From Candidatus Poribacteria bacterium (GTDB taxonomy: Bacteria > Poribacteria > WGA-4E > WGA-3G): a stretch of 64,000 nucleotides of DNA. The translations under genes were made by a program, and so were the position numbers. The notes beneath the pieces were generated by a model, which saw nothing but the letters and a program-made list of their open reading frames with translations, made no database searches and was not told the origin of the DNA. Of this stretch, positions 47,564-57,157 are shown piece after piece (the stretch's first letter is position 1; every line of letters starts with the position of its first letter). The DNA lies in assembly GCA_965116815.1 (NCBI GenBank), contig OZ220722.1, positions 2,293,941 through 2,357,940 on the forward strand. The letters run 5' to 3'.

Positions 47564-48412
47564 TTAAAAAATCTTATTCATATCAACAGGAAAACCTGCA
47601 TTTTTGATTTCTTGACCGAGTTTCAATTTCCAGTCTCCGCTATCCATAGGCACGTAGATTACGCCATCAATATCTGAGGGTTTCTCTATTTTTCCTTTGA
47701 AGAGCGGACATACTCGTTCACGACCCAGTTTTCCCATGAAATAACCGAGTTCAAAAACAACGTTCTGACGGGCTCTCGGTTTGCTTTCGTTCTCAATTTT
47801 ATCTTTTAAGGCACCAATATCGTCAGGTGTGAGTAGAACGATTGCAAATCCTGCATTACCGGCGTATTTTTCAAGCTTCTCAATGATCGTTAGTCCACTA
47901 CTGGGCTATTCGTGAAGGATAGTTACCTTTAAGCCCAATCTCTCTACAAACCTCGCAACGGTTTCTTTAACCCCATCATCGCGTCCGTGTACGATGAATA
48001 CTTCGTTACCCGAGATGAGCGGAAATGTGTCTGATGATTCATCGTACAGTTCAAGTTGATCCTGAATTCCCATTAGGTAATTGATATCCCTGTCTACATT
48101 TTCTCTGTATCTAATCAAATCCTTTGAAAACTCGACTCTTTCCTCCCTATTTGGAGACGAAACTATTCCCATAGGGTAAAAAATGCAGGCTCTTTCGTAT
48201 TCTTCTGCAACTAACGTCCCATCAAATAGGTGCAACAAAAGGTTTTTATTATGCCGTGACCAGTTTCCATGATCATTTCGAGCACGACTATATTCATCTC
48301 GTGCATCAATTTGTCTATCGCGGAGTTGTTGCCCTTTATCAATTTGCTCTTGTATTTTCTTCTCGGTTCCCTCTCTACTCACAAGCAATTTTGGAAGCGT
48401 TTTATCTTTCAT
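47564..48412 (-). pseudogene. TIR-like (COG4271/DUF2321-type, Cap12/PycTIR-like) protein with a novel ~130-aa N-terminal domain, interrupted by one in-frame TAG
   Basis: The ORF-track piece 47906-48412 ends ...[31 protein letters not shown]. The same frame continues [29 protein letters not shown]...RARQNVVFELGYFMGKLGRERV... to a TAA at about 47564. The paralog has CAG (Q) where this gene has TAG. Confidence 0.6.
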
Positions 48413-48861
48413 AGTTTCTCCTCAATAGGCAGTCCAGCGTTTTGCATGCCTTGACTGAGTTTCAGTTTCCAATCATCTGCACCATCCATGGGTACATAGA
48501 CTACGTTAGGAATATATGATGGTAATTCAACACCTTCTTTGTAGAGGATACACACTCGTTTATCGCCTAACCCCCCGAGGAGATAACCGAGCTCAAAGAT
48601 AACGTTTTGGCGGGCCCTAGGTTTCCGTTGTCCTGTAGCTTTTGAGGACCCAACATCGTCCGGTGTCAACAAGACAATTGCGAAACCCGCTTCATCTGCC
48701 TGTTCTTCAAACTTATCAATGATTGTTCGTCCCTTACTGGGTTGTTCGTCAAGAACGGTTGGCTTTAAACCCAACGTCTCTACAAATTTGGAGACGGCTG
48801 TTTTGGCTTCATCATCATGCCCATGGGCGATAAACACTTTCGATTGAGTTTTCACATTCAT
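48409..48861 (-). CDS. stand-alone TIR-like domain protein (COG4271/DUF2321-type)
   Basis: [20 protein letters not shown]...[18 protein letters not shown]...[10 protein letters not shown]...[32 protein letters not shown]. Its stop overlaps the next gene's ATG (ATGA). Confidence 0.65.
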   Translation of the reverse strand: MNVKTQSKVFIAHGHDDEAKTAVSKFVETLGLKPTVLDEQPSKGRTIIDKFEEQADEAGFAIVLLTPDDVGSSKATGQRKPRARQNVIFELGYLLGGLGDKRVCILYKEGVELPSYIPNVVYVPMDGADDWKLKLSQGMQNAGLPIEEKL

Positions 48862-49100
48862 GATCTTTCCCCCATTTTCACCCTGACGTGCTGGAGGCGG
48901 AAAAACGCCTATTCATAATCAATCAAAACACAACTCTGCACTAAATTATAGCACTAATTCATCCATAGTGTCAAATCCCATTTTGGACAGGAGGTGTAAA
49001 TATTTTGTCAAAAAGGAAACCGAGGACTATACACCTATCACACCATAGGGGCATAGACGCGCGTTCTAAAATCGGGGTTAGAAACCCTTTCTACAAGAAG

Positions 49101-49251
49101 GTTGTCAGTGAGTAAGTCGGGAAGCGGAGTTCCCTCCTACCAAGAGGGTTATCAGTTGTCGGTAAGTGTCGGGAAGCGGAGTTCCCTCCTACATTGGCTT
49201 TCAGCAGTCACCGGAGTTCCTGCGGAGTCGGGAATCGGAGTTCCCTCCTAC
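49101..49251. repeat. short tandem array: the 25-nt unit GTCGGGAAGCGGAGTTCCCTCCTAC occurs three times (third copy carries a T substitution at unit position 9) with 27- and 34-nt spacers that themselves carry GTTGTCAGT / GTTATCAGTTGTCGG motifs
   Basis: Seen directly. The unit has an internal GGGAA...TTCCC palindrome. The spacers resemble each other and the MITE-family core, so this is a tandem repeat rather than CRISPR. Confidence 0.7.
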
Positions 49252-49483
49252 AGCTCAAAATTGTAAAATTCGCCATATTTACACTTTCTTTGGATACGAG
49301 CCTCCGCCCTGTTACGGAGATTTGAAACCCTATTTCTATAAAAATCGTTTTATTAATGGGGATAGTGTATTAAAAATAGTTAGGATTTACGCAGCGCCCT
49401 TTGCTGGCGAGGTTTGAAACCTCGCCAGCGGCGTGCGGGCCATAGGTACTCATCAGTTTGCGTCAGTTTGCGTAAAGAAAATT

Positions 49484-51466
49484 ATGTTATCTTTTGAGCA
49501 ACTCATCCAGAATGTAACAGACACAACACAACCGAGCATTGTGCGCAGTAGTGCTATTGCAAGTCTTGTCGCACAAGGCAACTCACAAGGGATAAGCCCT
49601 CTAATTGAGTGCCTTGCTGATTCGGATTCGGTGATACGGCGCGAAGCCGCGAAAGCACTTGCACAGCTGGACGCAACTCGTGCAGCGGAGCCACTACTTG
49701 AAGCATTACAAGTGGAGTCGAATGACCTTACGCTTTGGGCAATGCTTGAAGCTGTTGGTGAGTTGGCCACACCTGATGCCCTTCCTCTGCTCGAATCGTT
49801 CTCCACTGCTGGTTCTATGCTCACGCGGATAGAGGTGAAAAAAAGTATCGCCCGCATTCAGACTCGTTATGTTGACGGAAGTCCCTCAGTATCTCCAAAG
49901 ACATTTGAACCTGAGCCGCATGATGAACAGATGGATGCAAATGAACCGCCAACAGTGAGTTTTGAAGACTCACAGGTCGCGCCGGAATCGGAAGTGGTAG
50001 AACTGGGTTCAGATCCTTCACCCGCTCATAGTACGCAACGGCTTCAGACAGACACCTCCGAGGATCCGCTTATAGAGCAGGTAGAGGATGTAACAACAGA
50101 TGAGGTATCAGCAGCTGAATCTGGTGAGGAACAGTCTAACCTACACGAAGCGACTGTGGTGGCACCAGAAGAGATAACTGATGCAACGAATTATACACAG
50201 CTCACTGAGGAACCGATTGAGGCTATGGGTGAAGCGGAATCTGTAGAAGAGGGAATCGATATCACAGATCCGGTACATCCTGAAGAACCTACAGAGCAGG
50301 TAGCAACTGATACGGAATCGGCACAACGAGAAAAAGCGGACAAGGAAATAGACGATTTGGCAGAGTCCATCGCGCAATCCACTCGTCTCGCGGGTTCTTC
50401 TGTTAACCTTCCTGTATTAGCACCTAATGCTGCCACTGTGCCGTATCATCCAAAAGGAACCGCACTTGAAGAACCACCCCGTGAGAATTTTTTCCTCACG
50501 CTGATACACCCAGGCAGGTACCTCTCTAAACAGTGGCTATACCGAACGCGTGTTTATCTGCTCTTATGGGCGGCTCTCATTATCGCTACGATCGGTTTTA
50601 CCCAATATCAGAAGTATAGTAGCGTAGAGTTAAGTCCGCTATCTCGCATTGGACTTTCTGACGATGAACTACCGGCGTTGGTAAAACGCTCCTTGGCAGA
50701 AGGTGATTTCTACATCCAAGAGGGGTATTATAGGAAAGCCATTAATTCGTATGAACTGAGTAAGAATCTTGACATCTTACCGATTAGTTTCTATAGAAAA
50801 CTCGGATTTGCATACTTCAAGGAAGGTCAGTATGCACTCGCGGCTGAAGCATACGAAATGTTTTTAGAGGCGAGAGAGGACGACAATCCGGACGTATTTG
50901 CCGCTGAAGCCTCGCTCGTTGGTGTATATCCACTGACTTCGATAGAAAAGGGAACGGCACGCGACTATGAAACCTACAATATCCTCGGTATAGCATACAT
51001 GAAACTCGGACGTGTATTAGAAGCACAACGCGCTTACGAACAGGCGATACGTCTTGCGCCTAAATATGGCGAGGCATACAATAACCTTGCGCGCCTCTAT
51101 GCCGATAATTATCCGCACGTCTTAGCTGCAGACTCGCAAGTTTTACCGTTGTCTACAGTTTCCGTTTTGCAAACTGTCCCCAAACTGAGACTCGCTGAGG
51201 CGTTAGCCTATACAGCGGTGACACTGAACCCAGATGTCGCCGCCTATCACGATACCCTTGGCTGGGTTTTATCAAGACGGGGTCAGGTAAACAAGGCAAT
51301 AAAAACTTTAGAACGTGCTATTGATCTGCAAAGCGATGCCGTTGAACCGCACTATCATCTCGCACAGGTTGCGCTCAAAGCCAACGAACGGAAGAAGGCA
51401 GCGCAAGCCATCCGAAATGTGTTCAAACTTAACCCTGCTTTTGTTCCTCTCAACGCGGAGCAGTAG
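49484..51466 (+). CDS. membrane-anchored protein with N-terminal HEAT (PBS-lyase-type) repeats, an acidic linker, one TM helix and C-terminal TPR repeats
   Basis: SDSVIRREAAKALAQL HEAT-like repeats, TM VYLLLWAALIIATIGF, and C-terminal TPR-like A..YE.A..L.P...A..N units. Confidence 0.5.
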   Translation: MLSFEQLIQNVTDTTQPSIVRSSAIASLVAQGNSQGISPLIECLADSDSVIRREAAKALAQLDATRAAEPLLEALQVESNDLTLWAMLEAVGELATPDALPLLESFSTAGSMLTRIEVKKSIARIQTRYVDGSPSVSPKTFEPEPHDEQMDANEPPTVSFEDSQVAPESEVVELGSDPSPAHSTQRLQTDTSEDPLIEQVEDVTTDEVSAAESGEEQSNLHEATVVAPEEITDATNYTQLTEEPIEAMGEAESVEEGIDITDPVHPEEPTEQVATDTESAQREKADKEIDDLAESIAQSTRLAGSSVNLPVLAPNAATVPYHPKGTALEEPPRENFFLTLIHPGRYLSKQWLYRTRVYLLLWAALIIATIGFTQYQKYSSVELSPLSRIGLSDDELPALVKRSLAEGDFYIQEGYYRKAINSYELSKNLDILPISFYRKLGFAYFKEGQYALAAEAYEMFLEAREDDNPDVFAAEASLVGVYPLTSIEKGTARDYETYNILGIAYMKLGRVLEAQRAYEQAIRLAPKYGEAYNNLARLYADNYPHVLAADSQVLPLSTVSVLQTVPKLRLAEALAYTAVTLNPDVAAYHDTLGWVLSRRGQVNKAIKTLERAIDLQSDAVEPHYHLAQVALKANERKKAAQAIRNVFKLNPAFVPLNAEQ

Positions 51467-51481
51467 TGAGATAATCAAAAC

Positions 51482-54400
51482 TTAGCGGATGATAGAAAGC
51501 TTGCCGACGCGCTGATCCGTTTCAGATGAAAGAACATAGATATAGATACCACTACTGACTCCTGTGAGGTCCCAAACCTTTCTGTCCTTTTCACGTTCCG
51601 TCCTCGTAAGCGATGCGATGCAATTTCCACTGCTATCGTAGATGTAAATATTGGTTCTTGTTGGCAGTTTATCGAATGTAACCTGATTGCATTCTTTTGC
51701 CGGATTGGGGTAGACAATCGCTTCTGCCAACGTTGGTGCCGAGAGTGTTATTGTCAAGGTCCTGGCATCGTCTGCGAGGTCTGCCCCGTATATATCCGAA
51801 AGTTGCAATAGTTCAATCTGGTAATGATTCCCAGTGCGGAAAACCTCAGGTGGGAATGTAAGCACAACCCGTTTCCGTGTCTTATCAAGGATTGCCGAGC
51901 GCGGTATATAACTCTCCGAACTGTTTTCCCTATTTTCTTGCTTATATAGGCGATAACGTCCAGCGTGCGTTGCTGAGATGCCCATTGGTTTGTCAAACTG
52001 CAGCAAAAGTTGATTCGGCGGTGAAAGCACAGCGGTAAGCAGCCGCGGGCGATGGGTTGGCACAACAGATACCGATTCGGATGACTCTGAACGGCCGCCG
52101 CTTGAACTCCGATTGAAAGCCGTCAAGGTGTTATTGCTATTGAATAGCAGAATATTTGCGCCATCTCCGTTTAGATTTGCCACAATCGGTTCAAAGGTGC
52201 TTGTCGCTGAATGGTGCCAGATAGGTCGATACGTTGTCCCGTCATATTGCAAGAGATAGAAGTTCGGTTGGACAGAGATACAAAGCTCATTTCGTCCATC
52301 ACTGTTTGCATCTGCGATCGTCATTCCGTTTCCGCTGTCGTGTAAATCGCGGATGCGCTGCTGCCACACAGGGTGATATGTATCATTACCTTCTGAACTG
52401 AAAACCGTCAAAAGCCAGTGATAGTACCGGTTATCCAATTCTATGGTGCCAACTTGGGTCCCTGTTTTCGCACAAATAGCGAACTCTGCGTTTCCATCAC
52501 CGTCCATATCTCCAGCGGCAAAGAGTTGTGGAGTGCCTTCGGGGAGAGTGTTTGTCCATGTTTGTCTATATTGGTTATTTCCAATCGCTTCGTATATGAA
52601 CAACTCTCCATCGCTGTCCCCGACTAAAATTTCTATCCGTCCATCGCCATCAAAATCGCCTGTAGCAAAATTCGCACTAATTCCGTTGTCCCCTCCCGTT
52701 GGATTTTCAAGAGTGGCTATAACTTTATGAGTGTTATCTCCGTCTGCCTCGTATACTGAAATAGAATTGGTCGCATCGTCGCGCGCAAAGATTTCAGATA
52801 TACCATCGGCATCCGCATCTACAATTGTCCGACTCCAGCTCCCTTGCGCTTCCCAGATACGTTCCGTTGGAAATTCGCCCAGTGTGGGTTGCTCCAACAA
52901 AAACGCCGTGCCTGAAGCGTTGCACAATATCTCAATAAGCCCGTCATCATCTGTATCCGCTATCGCCCAGGGCCATAGGGGTTCAGTGAATGAAAAGACT
53001 GGCTCGTGTATCCTGTTAGCCGTTATCTCAAAAATTTGCGCCGTATCTGTATCCATTTCAACAGCGAAAAGTTCTAATCTCCCATTTCCGTTTATGTCCA
53101 TTGGCGAAACAATAGCGTGCAACCCACGGCCAGCAGATGCGATTTGCGAGAGATACGATGAATGAATTGCTGCATTCTGTACTTCAATCTGATATAACCC
53201 ACCGTTGTTGTCATCAATGTGAGAGAACCCTGCGCGATTTTGCGCTACCAAGCGGTACATATAGACACCTGGTGAGATACCTAAGTCAGACAAGTTGACA
53301 ATATGAAGCAGATTCTCTGCGTCTGAGCGTCCCGTTCTGTCAACATTCCCATTTGCTGTGAGGAGTTCTATTTTCCCTATGGTGAGTTCCTCTGTCTCCC
53401 ATATCACTATTGGATCCAGTTTGCTCCCCGCAAGCCATGGCTGCGATTCGTGTGTTAAAATAAGTGGAGATCTGTGACTTACATCAACAACTGTTTTAAC
53501 TCTCTTGATATCTCCGTCTACCAATTTAACGCTGAGTCGTAGTGTATACCTACCTTCCACTAACGTGGAAGTGTCCCACTCATGTAAACAAGCATTCAAC
53601 TTCGGTTCAGCCTCCACGGTTCCCAAAGGAAACCATAAATTCGGTATTTCGCCGATGCCATATTCTAACCAGTACTCGGTAAATTCAGCTCCCCCCGCGC
53701 TGCCGACAATTTCAATTTCTTCGATAGCCTGCTGGGAGGTCTGCTCGGTGTTGATCTGTGCGATGAAGGGAGTTGAAGCCGCGAGTGCTGCGTATGCATC
53801 CAGTGAACCGGCACCAACAAGTTCAGTAATGAAAAGTGGGTTTGCAGTCGCAATTAACTTCTCTTGAACCTCTGTATTGGTGGCGTGTGGGTTTGCGGAC
53901 AGGACGAGGGCAGTAACGCCAGAGACATGCGCAGCCGCCATAGATGTCCCGGACCTCTTTCGATATTCTCCATTAAGTGCTGTGCTAAGGATCTCCTCAG
54001 CCGGTGCGGCGATGCTAATTGTAGCACCAAAATTGGAGCCGTCCCACATCTGTCTTTCCCGTCCAAGTCCCGCGACAGAGATGACGGTTTTGAGACCCGC
54101 AGGATAATAAGAACCCGATACCGCTGCATTTCCAGCTGCACCAATGAGGACACATCCACGGTTGTAAGCGTATTCTACCGCATCCTCTATAATAAAGGCG
54201 CGCACCGTATCTCCCCAACTCATGTTAATTATGTTTGCTCCATTATCCGCTGCATAGACGATGGCAGCGGCGGCATCGTCGTTCTGAATATACGTGCCAC
54301 CTCCAAATTTGAAACTCGCCCTCACAGGCATCAAACGACAATTTTGGGCGATTCCGGCAATTCCAATCCCATTGTTTGCTTCCGCAGCGATGATACCGGA

Positions 54401-55090
54401 GACATGCGTCCCGTGTCCTCCCTCGTCTTCAGGGTCGTTATCGCGTTCTGTCCAATCGCCACTGCCGAGAAGGGTCGGTGCGTCGCTGAAATCCCATCCG
54501 TTTCTGTCGTCAATGTAGCCGTTTCCGTCATCGTCGATCCCGTTTCGTGGAATTTCACCAACGTTTTCCCAAAGCCGCGAACGGAATTCTGGGTGTTGCG
54601 TTGCTATACCGCTATCAACAACTGCCACTGTCACGTGTGGTTTTCCGTTTTCGATTCCCCACGCTTGTGGCATATTTAGTAAGGTTAGATTCCACTGTTC
54701 CGTATAGTTCGGATCATTCGGTGCTACCTCTGAACAAAACTGGTTGAGACGGTTCGTCTCAACTGCCTCAATTAGAGCGTGCCGTTCATACCGTCGCTGT
54801 AAGGGTTCCAACGCCCGCCCTTTTGGAAATCGGATGAGATAATTACGGCGGAGTCGTGGGTGTTGACCGCCAGGCGTAGTCGGCGAAAAGATGGGAGAAA
54901 CAGACACCGCACCGAGTCGTCTACTCAACGTTTCAAGTTGTTCGCTGGAGACCCCTGGATGTAGACGAACAATCAGTTCTCTCGGTGTTTCGGTGATGTC
55001 GGAAAAGTCGTCCGAGTTGCTTTGTGCAAAGGCGAATTGTGAATTGATGAATAGGACGAGAATGTAGAGATAGATATTTTTTTTTGTCAT
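51482..55090 (-). CDS. secreted subtilisin-like serine protease (S8) with FG-GAP/VCBS repeats and a T9SS-type C-terminal sorting domain
   Basis: Signal peptide. Catalytic D (VAVVDSGI), H (HGTHVSGIIAA) and S (GTSMAAAHVSG). Multiple DxDGDG..E repeats. The C-terminal ...IYIYVLSSETDQRVGKLSIIR resembles the Por/T9SS CTD. Confidence 0.8.
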   Translation of the reverse strand: MTKKNIYLYILVLFINSQFAFAQSNSDDFSDITETPRELIVRLHPGVSSEQLETLSRRLGAVSVSPIFSPTTPGGQHPRLRRNYLIRFPKGRALEPLQRRYERHALIEAVETNRLNQFCSEVAPNDPNYTEQWNLTLLNMPQAWGIENGKPHVTVAVVDSGIATQHPEFRSRLWENVGEIPRNGIDDDGNGYIDDRNGWDFSDAPTLLGSGDWTERDNDPEDEGGHGTHVSGIIAAEANNGIGIAGIAQNCRLMPVRASFKFGGGTYIQNDDAAAAIVYAADNGANIINMSWGDTVRAFIIEDAVEYAYNRGCVLIGAAGNAAVSGSYYPAGLKTVISVAGLGRERQMWDGSNFGATISIAAPAEEILSTALNGEYRKRSGTSMAAAHVSGVTALVLSANPHATNTEVQEKLIATANPLFITELVGAGSLDAYAALAASTPFIAQINTEQTSQQAIEEIEIVGSAGGAEFTEYWLEYGIGEIPNLWFPLGTVEAEPKLNACLHEWDTSTLVEGRYTLRLSVKLVDGDIKRVKTVVDVSHRSPLILTHESQPWLAGSKLDPIVIWETEELTIGKIELLTANGNVDRTGRSDAENLLHIVNLSDLGISPGVYMYRLVAQNRAGFSHIDDNNGGLYQIEVQNAAIHSSYLSQIASAGRGLHAIVSPMDINGNGRLELFAVEMDTDTAQIFEITANRIHEPVFSFTEPLWPWAIADTDDDGLIEILCNASGTAFLLEQPTLGEFPTERIWEAQGSWSRTIVDADADGISEIFARDDATNSISVYEADGDNTHKVIATLENPTGGDNGISANFATGDFDGDGRIEILVGDSDGELFIYEAIGNNQYRQTWTNTLPEGTPQLFAAGDMDGDGNAEFAICAKTGTQVGTIELDNRYYHWLLTVFSSEGNDTYHPVWQQRIRDLHDSGNGMTIADANSDGRNELCISVQPNFYLLQYDGTTYRPIWHHSATSTFEPIVANLNGDGANILLFNSNNTLTAFNRSSSGGRSESSESVSVVPTHRPRLLTAVLSPPNQLLLQFDKPMGISATHAGRYRLYKQENRENSSESYIPRSAILDKTRKRVVLTFPPEVFRTGNHYQIELLQLSDIYGADLADDARTLTITLSAPTLAEAIVYPNPAKECNQVTFDKLPTRTNIYIYDSSGNCIASLTRTEREKDRKVWDLTGVSSGIYIYVLSSETDQRVGKLSIIR

Positions 55091-55366
55091 AGTTATTTGG
55101 GACGCTGTTGTACGGCGTACCCTATTTGATTAAACCTTTAGGATGTGTTGCGAACTCCATTTGCACGCGCCAAAAGCAAGGATTGTCGCACAAACTTCGC
55201 ATGTGTGGTATATCTGGCGCAAACTGGAAAGCTCGCGTTACATTTATCAAACTCACGTTACTTTAAAAAAATTGCAATTCTAAATTCAATCTGTTATATT
55301 AATGATAGAGGATTCAGAGAGAAAAAACAAATTTTTCATATCTAAAAAACACAAGGAAGTGTACCT

Positions 55367-57004
55367 ATGAAAGCGTCAGAACTGATCGTTAAATGCTTAG
55401 AAAATGAAAACGTTGATTATATTTTCGGATTACCGGGTGAGGAAAACCTGGATTTAATGGATGCCTTATTGGGATCCGATATTCAATTTATTCAGACTCG
55501 CGATGAACGGGGTGCCGCCTTTATGGCGGATGTCTACGGACGACTCACTGGGCGCGCCGGTGTTTGTCTCTCTACTCTCGGTCCCGGAGCCATGAACCTC
55601 GTCACAGGAGTTGCTGATGCCAATATGGATAGGGCACCGCTCGTTGCAATCACTGGACAGGCGAGCCTCGACAGGATGCACAAAGAATCGCATCAATATA
55701 TGGATGTGGTTTCTGTCTTCAAACCGATGACAAAATGGAATACACTCCTCCACCTCCCTGAAATCATACCCGAATCGGTCAGCAAAGCGTTTAAGGTCGC
55801 GACGGCAGAAAAGCCGGGGGCGACACACATCGATTTTCCAGAGGATGTCGCGAAAATGGAAATTAGCGCGGAACCTGTCCCACATGACTTTCCGAGCGAA
55901 GCGGAACCCGTTGCGTCCTGTTTGGCACGCGCCGCCCAGTTGATTAACGACGCAAAGCAACCTATTATTCTTGCGGGGAATGGCGTTGTCCGTCAAGGTG
56001 CCTCTCGAATTCTGACGCAATTTGCTGAACTGACGAATATCCCGGTTGCCCATACCTTCATGGGCAAAGGCAGTATTCCGTGGACGCATCGCCTCTCGCT
56101 CCTCAGTGTCGGGTTGCAAGCAAACGATTTCGTTTCTTGTGGATTTGATCGGGCAGACCTCGTTATCGCAATCGGCTATGATATTGTCGAATATCATCCG
56201 CGCCTCTGGAATCCCGATCGGAACAAGAAACTTATCCATATTGACACGGAACCGAGTGAAAGCGATGCCGCTTATGTTACGGATGTCGAAATGGTCGGTA
56301 ACATTCGACAGAGCCTTAGACATTTGATGGCACAAGAAATCTATCCTAAAGATTCGGAGTATGCCTCAAACACCTTGCGGAAAATCATACTCGATCAACT
56401 CGACCAACACCGCGATGATACAGAGTTTCCGATGAAGCCACAAAAAATTTTGAGTGATGTCCGCTCCGTTCTTGCTGAAGATGACATTCTCATCTCCGAT
56501 GTTGGCGCACACAAAATGTGGATTGCCCGCATGTATCCATGCTACCAACCCAATACGTGCATCATCTCTAATGGGTTCGCCTCCATGGGGATTGCGTTAC
56601 CCGGGGCTTTCGTCGCCAAACTTATCTACCCAGAGCGTAAATGTTTGGCAATCTGCGGGGACGGTGGGTTCATGATGAACTCACAGGAACTCGAAACGGC
56701 AACGCGAACCGGTGTGCCGTTTGTTACACTTATCTTCAATGATGAGGCTTACGGACTTATTGAGTGGAAACAGATGAACGGTTTTGGTAGACCTGCACAC
56801 ATCGATTTCACGAATCCCGATTTTGTTAAATACGCCGAAGCCTTCGGTGCCAAGGGCTATAGAGTTGAAGGGAGTGACGAACTGGTACCTATACTCAAAG
56901 ATGCGTTCAGTCAGAAAGTGCCTTCGGTTATCGATTGTCCGGTTGATTATTCTGAGAACCTGCGTTTAACCGACGAACTTGGGCACCTAACATGTCCTAT
57001 TTAA
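55367..57004 (+). CDS. thiamine-pyrophosphate enzyme, acetolactate-synthase-like (AlsS/IlvB paralog)
   Basis: GPGAMNLVTGVADANMDRAPLVAITGQ and the C-terminal TPP-binding GDGGF...NDEAYG. It is distinct from the ilvB at 20176. Confidence 0.75.
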   Translation: MKASELIVKCLENENVDYIFGLPGEENLDLMDALLGSDIQFIQTRDERGAAFMADVYGRLTGRAGVCLSTLGPGAMNLVTGVADANMDRAPLVAITGQASLDRMHKESHQYMDVVSVFKPMTKWNTLLHLPEIIPESVSKAFKVATAEKPGATHIDFPEDVAKMEISAEPVPHDFPSEAEPVASCLARAAQLINDAKQPIILAGNGVVRQGASRILTQFAELTNIPVAHTFMGKGSIPWTHRLSLLSVGLQANDFVSCGFDRADLVIAIGYDIVEYHPRLWNPDRNKKLIHIDTEPSESDAAYVTDVEMVGNIRQSLRHLMAQEIYPKDSEYASNTLRKIILDQLDQHRDDTEFPMKPQKILSDVRSVLAEDDILISDVGAHKMWIARMYPCYQPNTCIISNGFASMGIALPGAFVAKLIYPERKCLAICGDGGFMMNSQELETATRTGVPFVTLIFNDEAYGLIEWKQMNGFGRPAHIDFTNPDFVKYAEAFGAKGYRVEGSDELVPILKDAFSQKVPSVIDCPVDYSENLRLTDELGHLTCPI

Positions 57005-57157
57005 TCTCAGAAAACTGAACCGTGAATTTTGATTGCCATACGGCATGGAAAATGCTATTATCTTTTATAGTAAAAAAATATGTGGGCAACCGTAGTCTTT
57101 TGTCTATTTCTTTCAAATATACTTCGTTTTTTTTAGAGGAGGGGACTTTACCGAAAA

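Noticed and set aside
49116-49251. Possible orphan mini-CRISPR array (25-nt partially palindromic repeat x3, spacers 27 and 34 nt) next to defence-like genes
   Set aside because: There are only three repeats. The spacers resemble each other and the MITE-like core found at three other intergenic sites. There are no cas genes in the window and no leader with further units. It is better explained as a tandem copy of the repeat family.
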